Assembly (NCBI GenBank): GCA_963804995.1
Contig: CAWDSK010000002.1
Span: forward strand, 640,001 to 704,000
Direction of reading: 5' to 3'
Length of the DNA stretch: 64,000 nucleotides
DNA from: an uncultured Acidobacteriota bacterium
GTDB taxonomy: Bacteria; Acidobacteriota; Terriglobia; UBA7540
The notes under the pieces are model-generated. The model did no database searches. It was not told the origin of the DNA and saw only the letters and a program-made list of their open reading frames with translations. A program made the translations under genes and the position numbers. The first letter of the stretch is position 1. The number at the start of each line of letters is the position of its first letter. Below, one piece after another: positions 31,626-44,257 of the stretch.

Positions 31626-32066
31626 ATGGCCGACAAATATTTTGACCGTCGCGAAGCGGAAGAACTTCTGCCCACCCTCACGCCCTGGCTTGAAGAAGCG
31701 CGGGGCGAGAAGAAGAAAATCGACGCTTACAAAGAAGAGTTGGCGCAGGCTGCTTCCCGGATCATGGTGCTGGGCGGCACCTTCCCACCTTTTGCCGACC
31801 TCATGCGCAAGAAATCTGAGCACGATGCCGCCGCGGCGCGCCTCTCAGAAATCGTCAATCAAATTCAAGAGACCGGGTGCCTGGTAAAGGACCTTGACGA
31901 GGGGTTGGTGGATTTCCCCAGCCTTCTTGACGGAGAAGAGATTTACCTCTGCTGGAAGCTTGGCGAGGAACGCATTGGGTTCTGGCACGGGATTGAGGAA
32001 GGATTCGCCGGACGCAAGCCGCTGGACGAATCGGGCCCCGCGCCGCCCGGCCCCCGGTTGCAATAG
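31626..32066 (+). CDS. DUF2203 family protein
   Basis: VKDLDEGLVDFP..YLCWKLGE..WH...GFAGRKPL. Confidence 0.85.
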   Translation: MADKYFDRREAEELLPTLTPWLEEARGEKKKIDAYKEELAQAASRIMVLGGTFPPFADLMRKKSEHDAAAARLSEIVNQIQETGCLVKDLDEGLVDFPSLLDGEEIYLCWKLGEERIGFWHGIEEGFAGRKPLDESGPAPPGPRLQ

Positions 32067-32110
32067 AGTTGCGCGGGCCACTGTCACCTCTGAAACGAAT
32101 GTGAAACTTC

Positions 32111-34226
32111 ATGACCACTGAGAAACCCGGTAACGAGCTGGCGCAGGCTGCCAGCGCCTATCTGCGCTCCGCGGCACATCAGCCCGTGCAGTGGCGCGAG
32201 TGGTCAGATTCCGCCTTTCGCCAGGCGCGCGAACAGGACAAGCCCATCCTGCTCAACATCGGCGCCGTCTGGTGCCACTGGTGCCACGTGATGGACCGCG
32301 AGAGCTACGAAAACACTGAAGTGGCGCGGATCATCAATGCGTCTTTCGTTCCCGTAAAGGTCGATCGCGACGAACGCCCGGATATCGACACGCGCTATCA
32401 GACGGCGGTGAGCGCCTTGACTGGCCAGGGCGGATGGCCGCTGACGGCATTTCTTACTCCTGACGGCCGGCCCTTCTACGGGGGAACTTATTTTCCGCCC
32501 GAGGACCGCTCCGGCCGCCCGGGCATGAAGCGCCTGCTGGAAGCCATCGCGCACAATTACCAGACGCAGCGTAAGCAGATTCATGAAAGCGCCGCGAAGA
32601 TTGCGGAAGCGCTTAGCCAGGTGGAGCAATTCGAGGGAGGCTCGGATGGCGCTAACGAAGAAGTGGTGAAGTCTCTGGTGGAGGACATCGGCGGCATGTT
32701 CGACGCGCAGCACGGCGGGTTCGGCACGGCCCCCAAATTCCCCCACCCCAGCGCGCTCGATTTGCTTCTGGATGTTTACGTCCAAACCCGCCAGGAGTGG
32801 CTGTTGACCGTTGTCACCACTACGCTTGAGCACATGGGCAGGGGCGGCGTCTACGACCAGATCGGCGGCGGGTTCCACCGCTACTCAGTGGACGAGCGTT
32901 GGATCGTGCCCCACTTCGAAAAGATGTCTTATGACAACGCCGGCCTATTGGGAAATTACCTGCGCGCCTTCCAGATTACAGGCAACGCATTTTTCCGCGA
33001 GATTGCTTTGGGGATTCTTTACTTCGTCGAAAATGTACTCTCGCATCCGGAGGTCGGTTTCTACGCCAGCCAGGACGCTGATATCAGCCTTGATGACGAC
33101 GGCGACTACTTCACCTGGACGCGGAGACGAACTGCATGCCGCGCTCGACGAGAAGGAGGCGGAAGTCGCGGCCCTCTACTATCACATCGAAGCCGAAGGG
33201 GAGATGCACCACAACCCCGCGAAGAATGTACTGTTCATCGACCAGCCGCTGGAAGCCATTGCCGCACGCCTGCGGATTGGACGGGACGAAGTCGCGCATA
33301 TTCTGGTCCGTGCGCGGAGGAAGATGCTCGAGGCCCGCTCCCACCGCCTTACGCCCTTCATCGACAAGACGATTTATACGAGTTGGAACGGGATGATGAT
33401 CTCCGCGTTGCTTGAAGCCTACCGCGTGCTGGGCGGGGAGGGCCCGCGCGACAGCGCCCTGGCCACGCTCAATATGCTGGTCGCCAAAGCCTATGACCCC
33501 GCAAAAGGCATGTACCACAGCCTGGCCGACGGCACTCCGCGCGTCGAAGGCTTGCTCGAAGACCAGGTGTTCATGATTGCCGCGCTGCTGGATGGCTTCG
33601 AAATCACGGGAACCGGTTTCTACTTCGAGCGCGCTCTGGAGCTAATGGAAATCACTTTGCGCCGCTTCTGGGATGAGCAAGCCGGGGGATTCTTCGATAC
33701 CGCCCACGACCTTGCCGACCGCCACGGCAGCCTTACCATGCCCCGCAAACCGTTTCAGGATTCACCCACACCCGCCGCCAATGCCGTCGCTATACAAGTC
33801 CTCGATCGACTCGACGTGCTTGCCGACCGCGAGGATTTCGGCGAGAAGGCAGAAGCGACGCTTGCACTCTTCGCATCCAAGGCCGGTCAATACGGTCTGT
33901 TCGCTGCCACCTATGGCCTGGCGCTCGTGCATCACCTGCGCGCGCCGGTGGACGTGGTAGTAGTAGGCCGGGGCGATGACCAGCGCACCCGGGATTTACT
34001 CAATGCGGCGTACGAGGCGCCGCGGGCGGGTAAGCGCGTCTTTGCCTTCGAGCCCGCCACTTTGCAGGAGCGCAGCCTGCCCGCCGGGCTCGCGGCAACG
34101 CTGCCCAATCTGCCCTTTGACGGCGTTCCCGTCGCCTTGGTCTGCGAAGGTTCCGCCTGCCACCCACCCGTCCAAACTCCCGCGGCCTTGCGTGAGTTGC
34201 TTGCCCCAACGTCGAAACCCGATTAG
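32111..34226 (+). CDS. thioredoxin-domain protein YyaL/SSP411 (DUF255), frameshift near 33124
   Basis: WCHWCHVM, GGWPLT, HFEKMSYDN in frame 1; DKTIYTSWNGMMI continues in another frame. Confidence 0.88.
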
Positions 34227-34394
34227 GTGCACAGTTCGCCCTGCCGTGTTTGGCTGTGATGGCTAATGGTGTACGGCAAGTTGTGTGCCATCGATTTTGA
34301 CGGTGGTAGCAGGTTGGAAGCACGCTGCCCCGTCTTGCGGAAGGTGCTGCGCGGTTGTACACTGGGGTTTCAGGGTTAGTTCATCAGAGAGTGA

Positions 34395-35799
<1,405 letters not shown>

Positions 35800-36044
35800 G
35801 TATTGCCGCTCGGGCACCACGGGGTTTCTCCGAGCTGCAATCGATCAGGGCTTGATAACAAATTGAATGCGATGCTGGGCAGTGTGTCAGCACCAGTAGG
35901 GGATCACTGTCCAGTCGACTCCGACAGGAGCGGTCCCCTGCTCCAGGGAAGTGGTAACCCTTGTGGTGTATATGCCGTTGTACATGTTAACAATTGAGGA
36001 ATGGGCATAAATTCGTCACATCTATCTCCGGAGGAGGAATTCCA

Positions 36045-37121
36045 ATGAGCCAACCTGTAGCACCTGAAGTTGCCGGAAAACCGCAAGCTGCGGCGGCTGG
36101 GGCAGCCAACCCCTCTGCCGCCATGCCCAACCCGTCCCGGATTTTTCAAACCTGCAACGCTTTCCAACAGAGCGCGGCTTTGAAGGCGGCGATCGACCTA
36201 GATGTTTTCACTGCCATTGGGGATAAGCAGTCCACGGTTGAGCTGATCGCCCAACGCGCGGGCGCGGCCGAGCGCGGCATTCGCATCCTCTGTGATTTCC
36301 TGACGGTGATGGGTTTCCTTACAAAGCATGACGGCCATTACGGGCTTGCGCCAGACGCCGCTGTGTTTCTTGACCGCGGCTCACCAGCTTACATGGGTGG
36401 CGCCGTGCACTTCCTGAACGCGCCGGACTTCGTGAGGGCGTTTGATCACCTGGCCGATGCGGTGCGCAAGGGTGGCACGGTGATGAGTGAAGAAGGAACG
36501 CTGGGCACTGAGAACCCTTTGTGGGTCGAATTCGCCCACTCCATGGCCCCCATGATGATGATGCCTGCAGAGGTCATTGCCAACCTCGTAGGCGCCGGCC
36601 AGGGCGAGAAGTGCCGCGTGCTGGATATCGCCGCCGGCCACGGTCTGTTTGGCATTAACATCGCCCGGCACAATCCGCAAGCCAGAATCGTAGCGCTCGA
36701 CTGGCCGAACGTTCTGGAAGTGGCCAGGAAAAACGCCCGAAAGTCCGGCGTCGAATCCCGCTATGCCACCATCCCTGGCAGCGCCTTTGAAGTCGACCTC
36801 GGCAACGGCTACGACCTTGTTCTGCTCACGAACTTCCTGCACCATTTCGATCCCCCCACCTGTGAAGAGCTCTTGCGCAGGGTGCATGCTGCGCTTCAAC
36901 CTGGCGGCCGCGCGGTGACGCTGGAATTTGTGCCCAACGACGACCGCATCACGCCGCCCGAAGCTGCGACCTTCAGCATGATCATGCTGGGCTCGACACC
37001 CCATGGCGACGCTTACACCTTCGCGGAATTTGAGCGGATGTTCCGCAACGCGGGCTTCACACGCAGCGAGCACTTCCGGCAGCCTCCCTTGCCGGAATCG
37101 GTGATTATTTCGCACAAATAA
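36045..37121 (+). CDS. SAM-dependent methyltransferase with dimerisation domain
   Basis: LDIAAGHG, NFLHHF; N-terminal wHTH-like region. Confidence 0.88.
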   Translation: MSQPVAPEVAGKPQAAAAGAANPSAAMPNPSRIFQTCNAFQQSAALKAAIDLDVFTAIGDKQSTVELIAQRAGAAERGIRILCDFLTVMGFLTKHDGHYGLAPDAAVFLDRGSPAYMGGAVHFLNAPDFVRAFDHLADAVRKGGTVMSEEGTLGTENPLWVEFAHSMAPMMMMPAEVIANLVGAGQGEKCRVLDIAAGHGLFGINIARHNPQARIVALDWPNVLEVARKNARKSGVESRYATIPGSAFEVDLGNGYDLVLLTNFLHHFDPPTCEELLRRVHAALQPGGRAVTLEFVPNDDRITPPEAATFSMIMLGSTPHGDAYTFAEFERMFRNAGFTRSEHFRQPPLPESVIISHK

Positions 37122-37211
37122 TGCCGACGCAGAGTATCGTTGATTCGCAGGCCGGCGACGACTCGGCGGCTTGGCGATATAATTGTACACGCTGCGATCA
37201 TTGCATTGACC

Positions 37212-37913
37212 ATGCCGGACCAAGCGCCAGAACAGCAACTTCGCGAGGAATTCAATCGTTGGGCCGAGGAGGGCCGCGGCGAAGGGATGGAAGAGCATCA
37301 CCTTCCCATCGTCCGACCCACGCTCGCGCTCATGGCTATTGAACCTGGGGATTCGGTTCTCGACCTCGGCTGCGGAACGGGCTGGCTGGCCCGAATGCTG
37401 GCTGCGAGCGTGCCGGGCGGCCAAGTGGTTGGCATCGACGTGTCTGATGAGATGGTCCATCGCGCACACTCCGCAAGCGTGAGCTTCCCCAATCTCAGAT
37501 TCCTCGAAGGTACGGCGGAGAAGATACCTGTGCCCGCCAGCTCCTTCCACAAGGTTATCTCCGTTGAGTCCGCCTACTACTGGCAAGAGCCCGCGCGCGG
37601 CATTGCTGAGATCTTTCGTGTCTTGCGCCCGGGTGGCACGGCCTGGATTTTGATCAACTACTATCGCGACAACCCCCACTGCCACCAGTGGGGTGCACAT
37701 TACCTGACGCCGGCACATTTGCTTTGGGCTGACGAATGGGCGAATTATTTCCGCCAGTCAGGATTTGTGGAGGTAGCACACAGGCGGATCCTGGATCTTT
37801 CACCGACACCCGAGGTTTACACCGGCCAGTGGTTCCGCGACGCTGACCAGTTGCGGCAATTCAAGGCTGAGGGCGCATTATTGATCTCAGGTGGGAAGCC
37901 GCCCCGAGTTTAG
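37212..37913 (+). CDS. class I SAM-dependent methyltransferase
   Basis: VLDLGCGTG, GIDVS, RVLRPGG. Confidence 0.88.
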   Translation: MPDQAPEQQLREEFNRWAEEGRGEGMEEHHLPIVRPTLALMAIEPGDSVLDLGCGTGWLARMLAASVPGGQVVGIDVSDEMVHRAHSASVSFPNLRFLEGTAEKIPVPASSFHKVISVESAYYWQEPARGIAEIFRVLRPGGTAWILINYYRDNPHCHQWGAHYLTPAHLLWADEWANYFRQSGFVEVAHRRILDLSPTPEVYTGQWFRDADQLRQFKAEGALLISGGKPPRV

Positions 37914-38034
37914 CTTCCACCCGTTCAGCAGCTTTGAGCACCGGTCATTTGTAGCTATAATCTCTCTGGATTCTCCGAACATCTAAGGCGGGCCAGCAGG
38001 ACATTCCAACACGCTGAGAATCCCACGAAAAGCT

Positions 38035-39831
38035 TTGACTTTAGGAGAGCTCTTGCTCGAACAGTGGAACCAGCGGCTTAAAAATCATCCGCGCCTGGCC
38101 GGCGGATTCTTGTTTCTCACCACCTATGTGGTCTTTTGCGGCACACTTTCCAATCTGTTTGTTCACGACGACATTCCCCAGATTCTCGAGAACCCTTTCC
38201 TAAGGAACCGCGGCCTCTGGACTCGCATCTTCACGGGATCCGTGTGGTCGTTCCGAGGGCCGGCGCAGCACGACAACATGTATCGGCCCCTGCAGTTCAT
38301 CACATATTGGGCCTTGTACCGTCTGAATGGTCCCAATCCCATTGTTTTCCACCTTTTCCTCTTGCTTTTCTACGCCGCCTCAGTGTGGTTGGTTTTCCGT
38401 CTGGCATGCCACCTGTTACCGAACTCTCTCGTGGCTTTTGTCGGGGCTTTGCTCTGGGCGTTGCACCCCTTGCATGTGGAAACCGCCGCGTGGATTTCAG
38501 CTCTCCCTGATCTTGGCTCGGCGTTCTTTTATTTGCTCGGCTTTCTGCTCTTCATACGCGCTGAAGGATCGGAAGACCGGCCGGTTAGCCACCACCTACT
38601 TGCCGCTGCCGGCTTCTTTCCAGCGTTGTTTTTCAAAGAAATGGCGCTTAGCTTCCCCCTACTCATCCTGGTTTATTGGTTCTTCTTTCCCGGGAAATAT
38701 TCCTGGAAGAGGAAGGTTCTTCACTGGATGATTTACGCGGCTGCCGTGGCGGTTTACATGGCCATCCGCATCGCGGTACTGGGGCGCTTTTCGGAAGCAC
38801 CGCATTTGTTTCAGGCTTCCCGGCACATGGGGGCCGTAGCCGTCGGCCTGTTGGGCCAGCAGACCAAGCTTTTCTTTTGGCCCGTTCACCTTTCGCTATT
38901 TCGTTCGTTTGACTTGGTGACAAGCTTGCATTCGCCGTGGCCCGTTATCACTCTCCTGGGGCTTGTGGCTGCGCTTTTCCTGCGCAAGCGTGAGCCCCTG
39001 CTGGGGTTTCTGGTTGTCTGGTGGGGAGTAACACTTCTCCCCTGCCTGGACGTTCGTCAGGTGAATCTGCCGGTGGCTGACCGCTTTTCGTTTCTGCCCA
39101 CCGTGGGTCTTTGCCTGGCCCTCGCATGGGTCGCCTTGGATTGGTTACCCCGTCACGTGGCGCATCCTCGAACTGCTCCCGCCCTGGGTATGGCACTCGT
39201 GACTCTGATGGCCCTGTGGATTGTCCAGGACGTGCGTTCGGTCGCCCGCTGGCACGATAATGTAACGATCTGGGATCAGGCCTACGTGGCCTCACCCAAC
39301 TCCGCGCTGGCCCACATGCTGCACGGTGTAGTGCTGCAGCAGAGGGATGGGAAACTGGACGAGGCCGCGCAGGAATATCGGCTAGCCATCAAACTCAATC
39401 TGGCCAGCGAACGACCGCTCCCCGGGGTGACCTCCGACTGCTACGTGTTGCTCGGCCATGTTGCCAACGCCCAGGATCACGTGGACGAAGCCGTGAATGA
39501 CTTCAACCAGGCACTCCGGGTGGTACCCGGCAACAGCCTCGCCTACAAGGCCCTGGGCATCATCTATTTCCCGCGCGGCAACTATGCCCAGGCGAAGGTG
39601 TATTTTGAGAAGGCCGTGGCGCTGGATCCTCAAGAGCTGGAGACTCGCTTTTATCTCGGAAGTTGTTATTTGAAGCTCGGGGAGCCGCGCGAGGCCGCAC
39701 TGCAATTTCACGCCGCGCGCGAAGCCGACTCGACTTATATTCAAGCTTTCGAGGCAGAGGCACGCGCGCTGGATGCGGCGGGCGACACGGCGGAGGCTGC
39801 CCGCGTCCGGGCACTGATCAAGAAACCCTGA
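38035..39831 (+). CDS. TMTC-like multi-pass membrane protein with C-terminal TPRs (putative GT-C glycosyltransferase)
   Basis: FVHDD, YRPL, HPLHVE, KEMA, ADRF motifs; TPR repeats. Confidence 0.8.
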   Translation: MTLGELLLEQWNQRLKNHPRLAGGFLFLTTYVVFCGTLSNLFVHDDIPQILENPFLRNRGLWTRIFTGSVWSFRGPAQHDNMYRPLQFITYWALYRLNGPNPIVFHLFLLLFYAASVWLVFRLACHLLPNSLVAFVGALLWALHPLHVETAAWISALPDLGSAFFYLLGFLLFIRAEGSEDRPVSHHLLAAAGFFPALFFKEMALSFPLLILVYWFFFPGKYSWKRKVLHWMIYAAAVAVYMAIRIAVLGRFSEAPHLFQASRHMGAVAVGLLGQQTKLFFWPVHLSLFRSFDLVTSLHSPWPVITLLGLVAALFLRKREPLLGFLVVWWGVTLLPCLDVRQVNLPVADRFSFLPTVGLCLALAWVALDWLPRHVAHPRTAPALGMALVTLMALWIVQDVRSVARWHDNVTIWDQAYVASPNSALAHMLHGVVLQQRDGKLDEAAQEYRLAIKLNLASERPLPGVTSDCYVLLGHVANAQDHVDEAVNDFNQALRVVPGNSLAYKALGIIYFPRGNYAQAKVYFEKAVALDPQELETRFYLGSCYLKLGEPREAALQFHAAREADSTYIQAFEAEARALDAAGDTAEAARVRALIKKP

Positions 39832-39947
39832 CGGGGCCGGGGGAATGCCAGCAGCGAGAGAGGCGGAATCCTCTGCTCTGCGTCGATGACAAAGGCATGT
39901 GGATTATTCCAGGGGTGGGCCCTCAGATTTCACAGGGGAGTTAAACA

Positions 39948-41729
39948 TTGTTGACCCATCTGAATGATCTGCTTAAGAAGTATCACACCATAGGCAGTTG
40001 GCTGCTGATCCTGGTGGCATTCGCTTCTTACCGGGGAGTTTTGACTTGCGGGTTTGTTTTTGACGACGTTGAACAGATCCTGCAAAACCCCTACGTCAAG
40101 AATCCGCGCCTTTGGAAACAGATTTTCCTGGGGCCGGTGTGGGCATTCGTGGGGCGTGGTGCGCAGACCAGTTTTTACAGGCCGCTGCACATTTTTTCCT
40201 ATTGGCTCGTCTGCCGGGTAGCCGGCTTTTATCCCGGCGCGTATCACTTGTTCCAGCTCGTCCTCTACGCAATCAGCATTTGGATCGTGTACCGGATTGG
40301 CCGTAAGATCCTTCAGAACGAAGTGGCAGCGTTTGCCGGCGCCTTGCTCTGGACGTTGCACCCGCTGCATGTTGAGGCGGTTGCATGGATCGCCTCGATT
40401 CCCGACATCGGGTGCACGCTTTTCTGTTTGCTGGGGTTCTGGTTCTTCCTGCGAGCTGAGGATCACTCGCCGGCGAGCTTCCGATGGCACGCTTTGGCCG
40501 CGGCCGCCTATTTCCCAGCACTGTTCTTCAAGGAGGTGGCGTTCAGTTTCCCCCTTCTCCTGCTGGCTTACTGGTTCTGCTTTTCATCTGCGGAGCACTG
40601 GTTCCGGAGGGCGCTCCACTGGCTTCCCTATGTGGCGGCGGCCGCAGTCTGCGCGGTTATCCGCGTAGTCTTGATGGGCCACTTTTCTGAAAACTCCCCT
40701 CTCCAGGAATTCAAATTACAGGTGGCCTGGGCGGCGGTGGGTTTGCTGGGCCAGCATGCGAAGCTTTTTTTCTGGCCCGTTAACCTGAGCGAATTCCGCG
40801 TTTTTGATCTCGCGGCCAGCGTGCGTTCACCCTGGCCCTGGGCAGCGCTGCTGGTTCTGGCTGTCGCGTGCGTGTGGCGCCACCGCGAACCCCGCTTGAG
40901 CTTCCTGGTACTCTGGTGGGGCGTCACGATCCTGCCCTGCCTCAACTATCTGCACCTCAGTGTCCCGCTGGTTGCCGATCGATTTTCCTATCTGCCCTCC
41001 GTGGGTCTTTGTCTGGCGCTCGGATATCTGGTCTTCGGCTGGTTGCCGCGGCACCTTCCGGATGTGCGTCTCGACCGCGTGGCCGTCGCTGGACTGGCAG
41101 TCGTGGCAGCACTCTGGGCGGTCCAAACCGTGCGTGCTATTCCTCGCTGGCGCGACAATGATGCGCTGTTTGATTATTCGCTCCTTGTCTCGCCCAATGC
41201 CGCCCTGGTACACGTCTCGCATGGCGTGGTCCTGCAAATGCGGGAGAACGACTTCAATGGCGCCGCCCGCGAATTCCGCACCGCCTTGCGGCTGAATGCC
41301 GAAAGCTTCCGGCCTCTTCCCGTAGTGACTTACAACTCCTACATCGGCTTGGGCCAGGTCGCCCTGATTCAGGGCCGCGAGGCGGAGGCCATCGACTACT
41401 TTAACAAGGCGATCCACATGATGCGGAATTTTAACTTTGGCTACGACGTGTTCGGCTCTGTCTATTTTCCACGTGGAGACTACGCGCGTGCCGCGGGATA
41501 CTTCGAGCAGGCAGTCCACGCAAACCCCCAGGACGTGGTAGCGAGGTTCTATCTTGGATCCTGTTGGATGAAGCTCGGAAAGCCCGCCGAAGCGGCAGAA
41601 CAATTCCACGCGGCAAGGGAAGTGGATCCCACTTATTACCAGGCCTACGGGGCCGAGGCCCGAGCCCTGGAAGCGTCGGGTGACAAAGCCGGTGCGGCAC
41701 GCGTGCGCAGTCTGAAACCGCCGGAGTAG
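39948..41729 (+). CDS. TMTC-like membrane/TPR protein, paralog of upstream gene
   Basis: FVFDD, YRPL, HPLHVE, ADRFSYLP; TPR repeats. Confidence 0.8.
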   Translation: MLTHLNDLLKKYHTIGSWLLILVAFASYRGVLTCGFVFDDVEQILQNPYVKNPRLWKQIFLGPVWAFVGRGAQTSFYRPLHIFSYWLVCRVAGFYPGAYHLFQLVLYAISIWIVYRIGRKILQNEVAAFAGALLWTLHPLHVEAVAWIASIPDIGCTLFCLLGFWFFLRAEDHSPASFRWHALAAAAYFPALFFKEVAFSFPLLLLAYWFCFSSAEHWFRRALHWLPYVAAAAVCAVIRVVLMGHFSENSPLQEFKLQVAWAAVGLLGQHAKLFFWPVNLSEFRVFDLAASVRSPWPWAALLVLAVACVWRHREPRLSFLVLWWGVTILPCLNYLHLSVPLVADRFSYLPSVGLCLALGYLVFGWLPRHLPDVRLDRVAVAGLAVVAALWAVQTVRAIPRWRDNDALFDYSLLVSPNAALVHVSHGVVLQMRENDFNGAAREFRTALRLNAESFRPLPVVTYNSYIGLGQVALIQGREAEAIDYFNKAIHMMRNFNFGYDVFGSVYFPRGDYARAAGYFEQAVHANPQDVVARFYLGSCWMKLGKPAEAAEQFHAAREVDPTYYQAYGAEARALEASGDKAGAARVRSLKPPE

Positions 41730-41919
41730 GTTTTCACCGTCATCCCCTGTGCGCCACACTCATTGAATCGCGATACGCACACCAGAGCTTGGAACCTGGT
41801 TCGCTATTTCGGCGTCGGGAATTGTTGCGAACCTGCGATAGCCTCGGGGTATAATGAGTTGTTACCACAGGGTTTCCAGCACGATCATCAGGCATTCGCG
41901 CAGGGCATGAGGATGAAGC

Positions 41920-42495
41920 ATGGGATTTATTGAGAACCGGTTCGAAAGAAATTTCATCATCACCTCCGTGGACTATCTATTTAACTGGGCGCGCAAGTCC
42001 TCCCTCTGGCCGTTGACTTTCGGGCTGGCGTGCTGCGCGATTGAGATGATTGCTTCCACCACCTCGCGCTTTGACATGGCGCGGTTCGGCGCCGAAGTCT
42101 TCCGCCCCAGCCCACGCCAAGCCGATCTGATGATCGTCGCCGGGACCGTAACGCTGAAGATGTCGCCGGTGGTAAAGCGCATCTGGGAGCAGATGCCCGA
42201 TCCGAAGTGGTGTATTTCCATGGGCGCGTGTTCGAGTGTGGGGGGGCCGTTCAACACCTACGCCGTACTGCAAGGGGTGGACAAGATCGTTCCCGTGGAT
42301 GTTTACGTCGTGGGCTGCCCGCCGCGCCCCGAAAACCTCTTTTATGCTCTCCTCAAGTTGCAGGAAAAGATCGATAGCATGACGCTGGGGAAACGGCCCA
42401 CGGAAGTCCGCCTGGACGAAAGCATGATCGAGGACTTCAAAAAATCCATCCGCATCGGGAAGGCGGGAACTCCGGAACTGGTCCAGATCGGCTGA
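41920..42495 (+). CDS. nuoB: NADH-quinone oxidoreductase subunit B
   Basis: [25 protein letters not shown]. Confidence 0.95.
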   Translation: MGFIENRFERNFIITSVDYLFNWARKSSLWPLTFGLACCAIEMIASTTSRFDMARFGAEVFRPSPRQADLMIVAGTVTLKMSPVVKRIWEQMPDPKWCISMGACSSVGGPFNTYAVLQGVDKIVPVDVYVVGCPPRPENLFYALLKLQEKIDSMTLGKRPTEVRLDESMIEDFKKSIRIGKAGTPELVQIG

Positions 42496-42507
42496 GCCGG
42501 CCTTTTC

Positions 42508-42591
42508 ATTTTGGATTTTCGATTTTGGATTGAGGGGTGTGCCTCCCTGTTGCGATTCTTCAATCCAAAATCTAAATTCCAAAATCCAAAA
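42508..42591. repeat. inverted 7-bp tandem repeats (ATTTTGG / CCAAAAT)
   Basis: ATTTTGGATTTTCGATTTTGGATTGA...TCAATCCAAAATCTAAATTCCAAAATCCAAAAT. Confidence 0.8.
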
Positions 42592-42628
42592 TGCACGATA
42601 TTCCGCATCGAGAACCGGGGAGAAACCT

Positions 42629-42934
42629 ATAGCGGAGTTTGTGAAAGTTGCCAGCCTGTCGGAGTTGAAGCCGGGCGCGGCGATGACCGTGGAAGTAAAT
42701 GGGAAGGCCATCGCTCTCTACAATGTGGGGGGAAACATTTACGCCACAGACAACACTTGTCTCCACCAGGGCGGACCGCTCGGCGAAGGCATCCTGGAGG
42801 GCGAAATCATCATCTGCCCCTGGCACATGTGGGAGTACAACGTTTGCACGGGTGAGAAAGTAGGCTTCAGTTCCATCAAGCTCGCGACGTATGCCGTTGA
42901 GGTCGAGGGCACCGATATCAAAGTGGCGGTTTAG
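42629..42934 (+). CDS. Rieske-type [2Fe-2S] ferredoxin (apparent ATA start)
   Basis: CLHQGG, CPWH motifs; GGAG RBS just before ATA. Confidence 0.85.
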   Translation: MAEFVKVASLSELKPGAAMTVEVNGKAIALYNVGGNIYATDNTCLHQGGPLGEGILEGEIIICPWHMWEYNVCTGEKVGFSSIKLATYAVEVEGTDIKVAV

Positions 42935-42975
42935 CCTGCCCTGTCGTGATAATGCAATCACCCGTGGGAGGTCCT

Positions 42976-43269
42976 ATGCGTCGGGGAATCTGTGCTTGGT
43001 TCAGGTGCCTGCCGATCGTCATCGGCATGTCCGTAATTTTGGCGGCCGCCGAATCGCCCGATCTTCCCGCGGCACTTGTCCGTGGTATCCGCGAGGGCCA
43101 GGTGAAGATAATTGACCTGACGTATGCACTTGAGAACCTCGCCAATCTGGAGCAGTTGCCCGCCGCCGGCGCCGTCCTGATGACCCTTCCCATGAAGCTG
43201 CGGGGCGGCTCAGGAGGCCCGGCGCGCGTGGTCGCATTCGTGCCAGTAGCAGCCGCAGGCCGGCGTTAA
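42976..43269 (+). pseudogene. cyclase (kynurenine formamidase-like) family gene with large in-frame internal deletion
   Basis: N-terminal IIDLTY joined directly to C-terminal ENLANLEQLP..LPMKLRGGSGGPAR; HxGTHxD metal motif absent. Confidence 0.72.
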
Positions 43270-43275
43270 TTCCCT

Positions 43276-44152
43276 ATGCCAGAACTTCCCGAAGTCGAAA
43301 CCGTCGCACAAGGTCTCAAGAGGCACGCGGTGGGACGCCGCATTACGGCCGTTGTGGTGCGTCACTCCGCGGTCATCGTGGGGTCGCCAGAGGAATTTGC
43401 TTCTACCCTCGAAGGCAGAAAGGTGCTGAGGGTCTCGCGCAAGGGCAAGGCGCTGGCCCTCGAACTCTCCGGGGAGGACGGGTCTGCGGCACGCTTCCTC
43501 CTGGTACGCCTGGGGATGACGGGGCAGTTCACCGTTGCGCCGCGTGAGGCGCCCATCGAGCTGCACACGCACGTGCACCTCACGCTGGACGATGGCCGCG
43601 AGGAACTGCGGTATCGCGACGTTCCGGCGCTTCGGCAGGCTTAGATCCTGCACGCGGGAAGAGTTGGAAGCAGTCCTGGGTGCGCTCGGGCCGGATGCGC
43701 AGCGCATGACTGAACCTCAATTCTTGTCGGCGATGCGGGGCCGCAGCGGCGCGATCAAAAGCTGGTTGATGAACCAGAACTTACTGGCTGGCCTGGGAAA
43801 CATCTACGCCGACGAAGCCTTGTTCGAAGCTCGCATCCATCCCCTTGCCCAACCCGGACGCGTTTCTTCGGAGAAGGCCCACCGGCTCTACAAGGCGGTC
43901 CGCAGAGTGTTGGACCGCGCCGTGCAACTGGGTGGTACAACTTTCAGCGACTACATGGACGTTGAGGGGCGGCCGGGCGCGTTCCTGAAGAAATTGCGCG
44001 TCTATCAACACACCGGCGAGCCCTGCCGGCGCTGTGGCCATGCCATCCGCCGCCTGGTGATTGCTGGACGCAGCAGCCACTTCTGCCCGCACTGCCAGCC
44101 GCGACCCCGGGTAACGGCCGGAAGGCGCGGACCGCGCAAACTGCGCGCCTGA
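43276..44152 (+). CDS. mutM: formamidopyrimidine-DNA glycosylase, frameshift near 43622
   Basis: MPELPEVE; then GLGNIYADE and CRRC..CPHCQ zinc finger in another frame. Confidence 0.93.
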
Positions 44153-44257
44153 CCTCACACAAGCAAAACATGGAGTGCATGATAGGGAATAGTCGGGAAG
44201 GTGCCGAATCCATGGACCTACGGCCCCGCCCTTCGTCACATTAGTGAGAAATCCTGA

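Noticed and set aside
41920..42495. Stand-alone nuoB as a novel system
   Set aside because: Split nuo loci are common; the sequence is an ordinary NuoB
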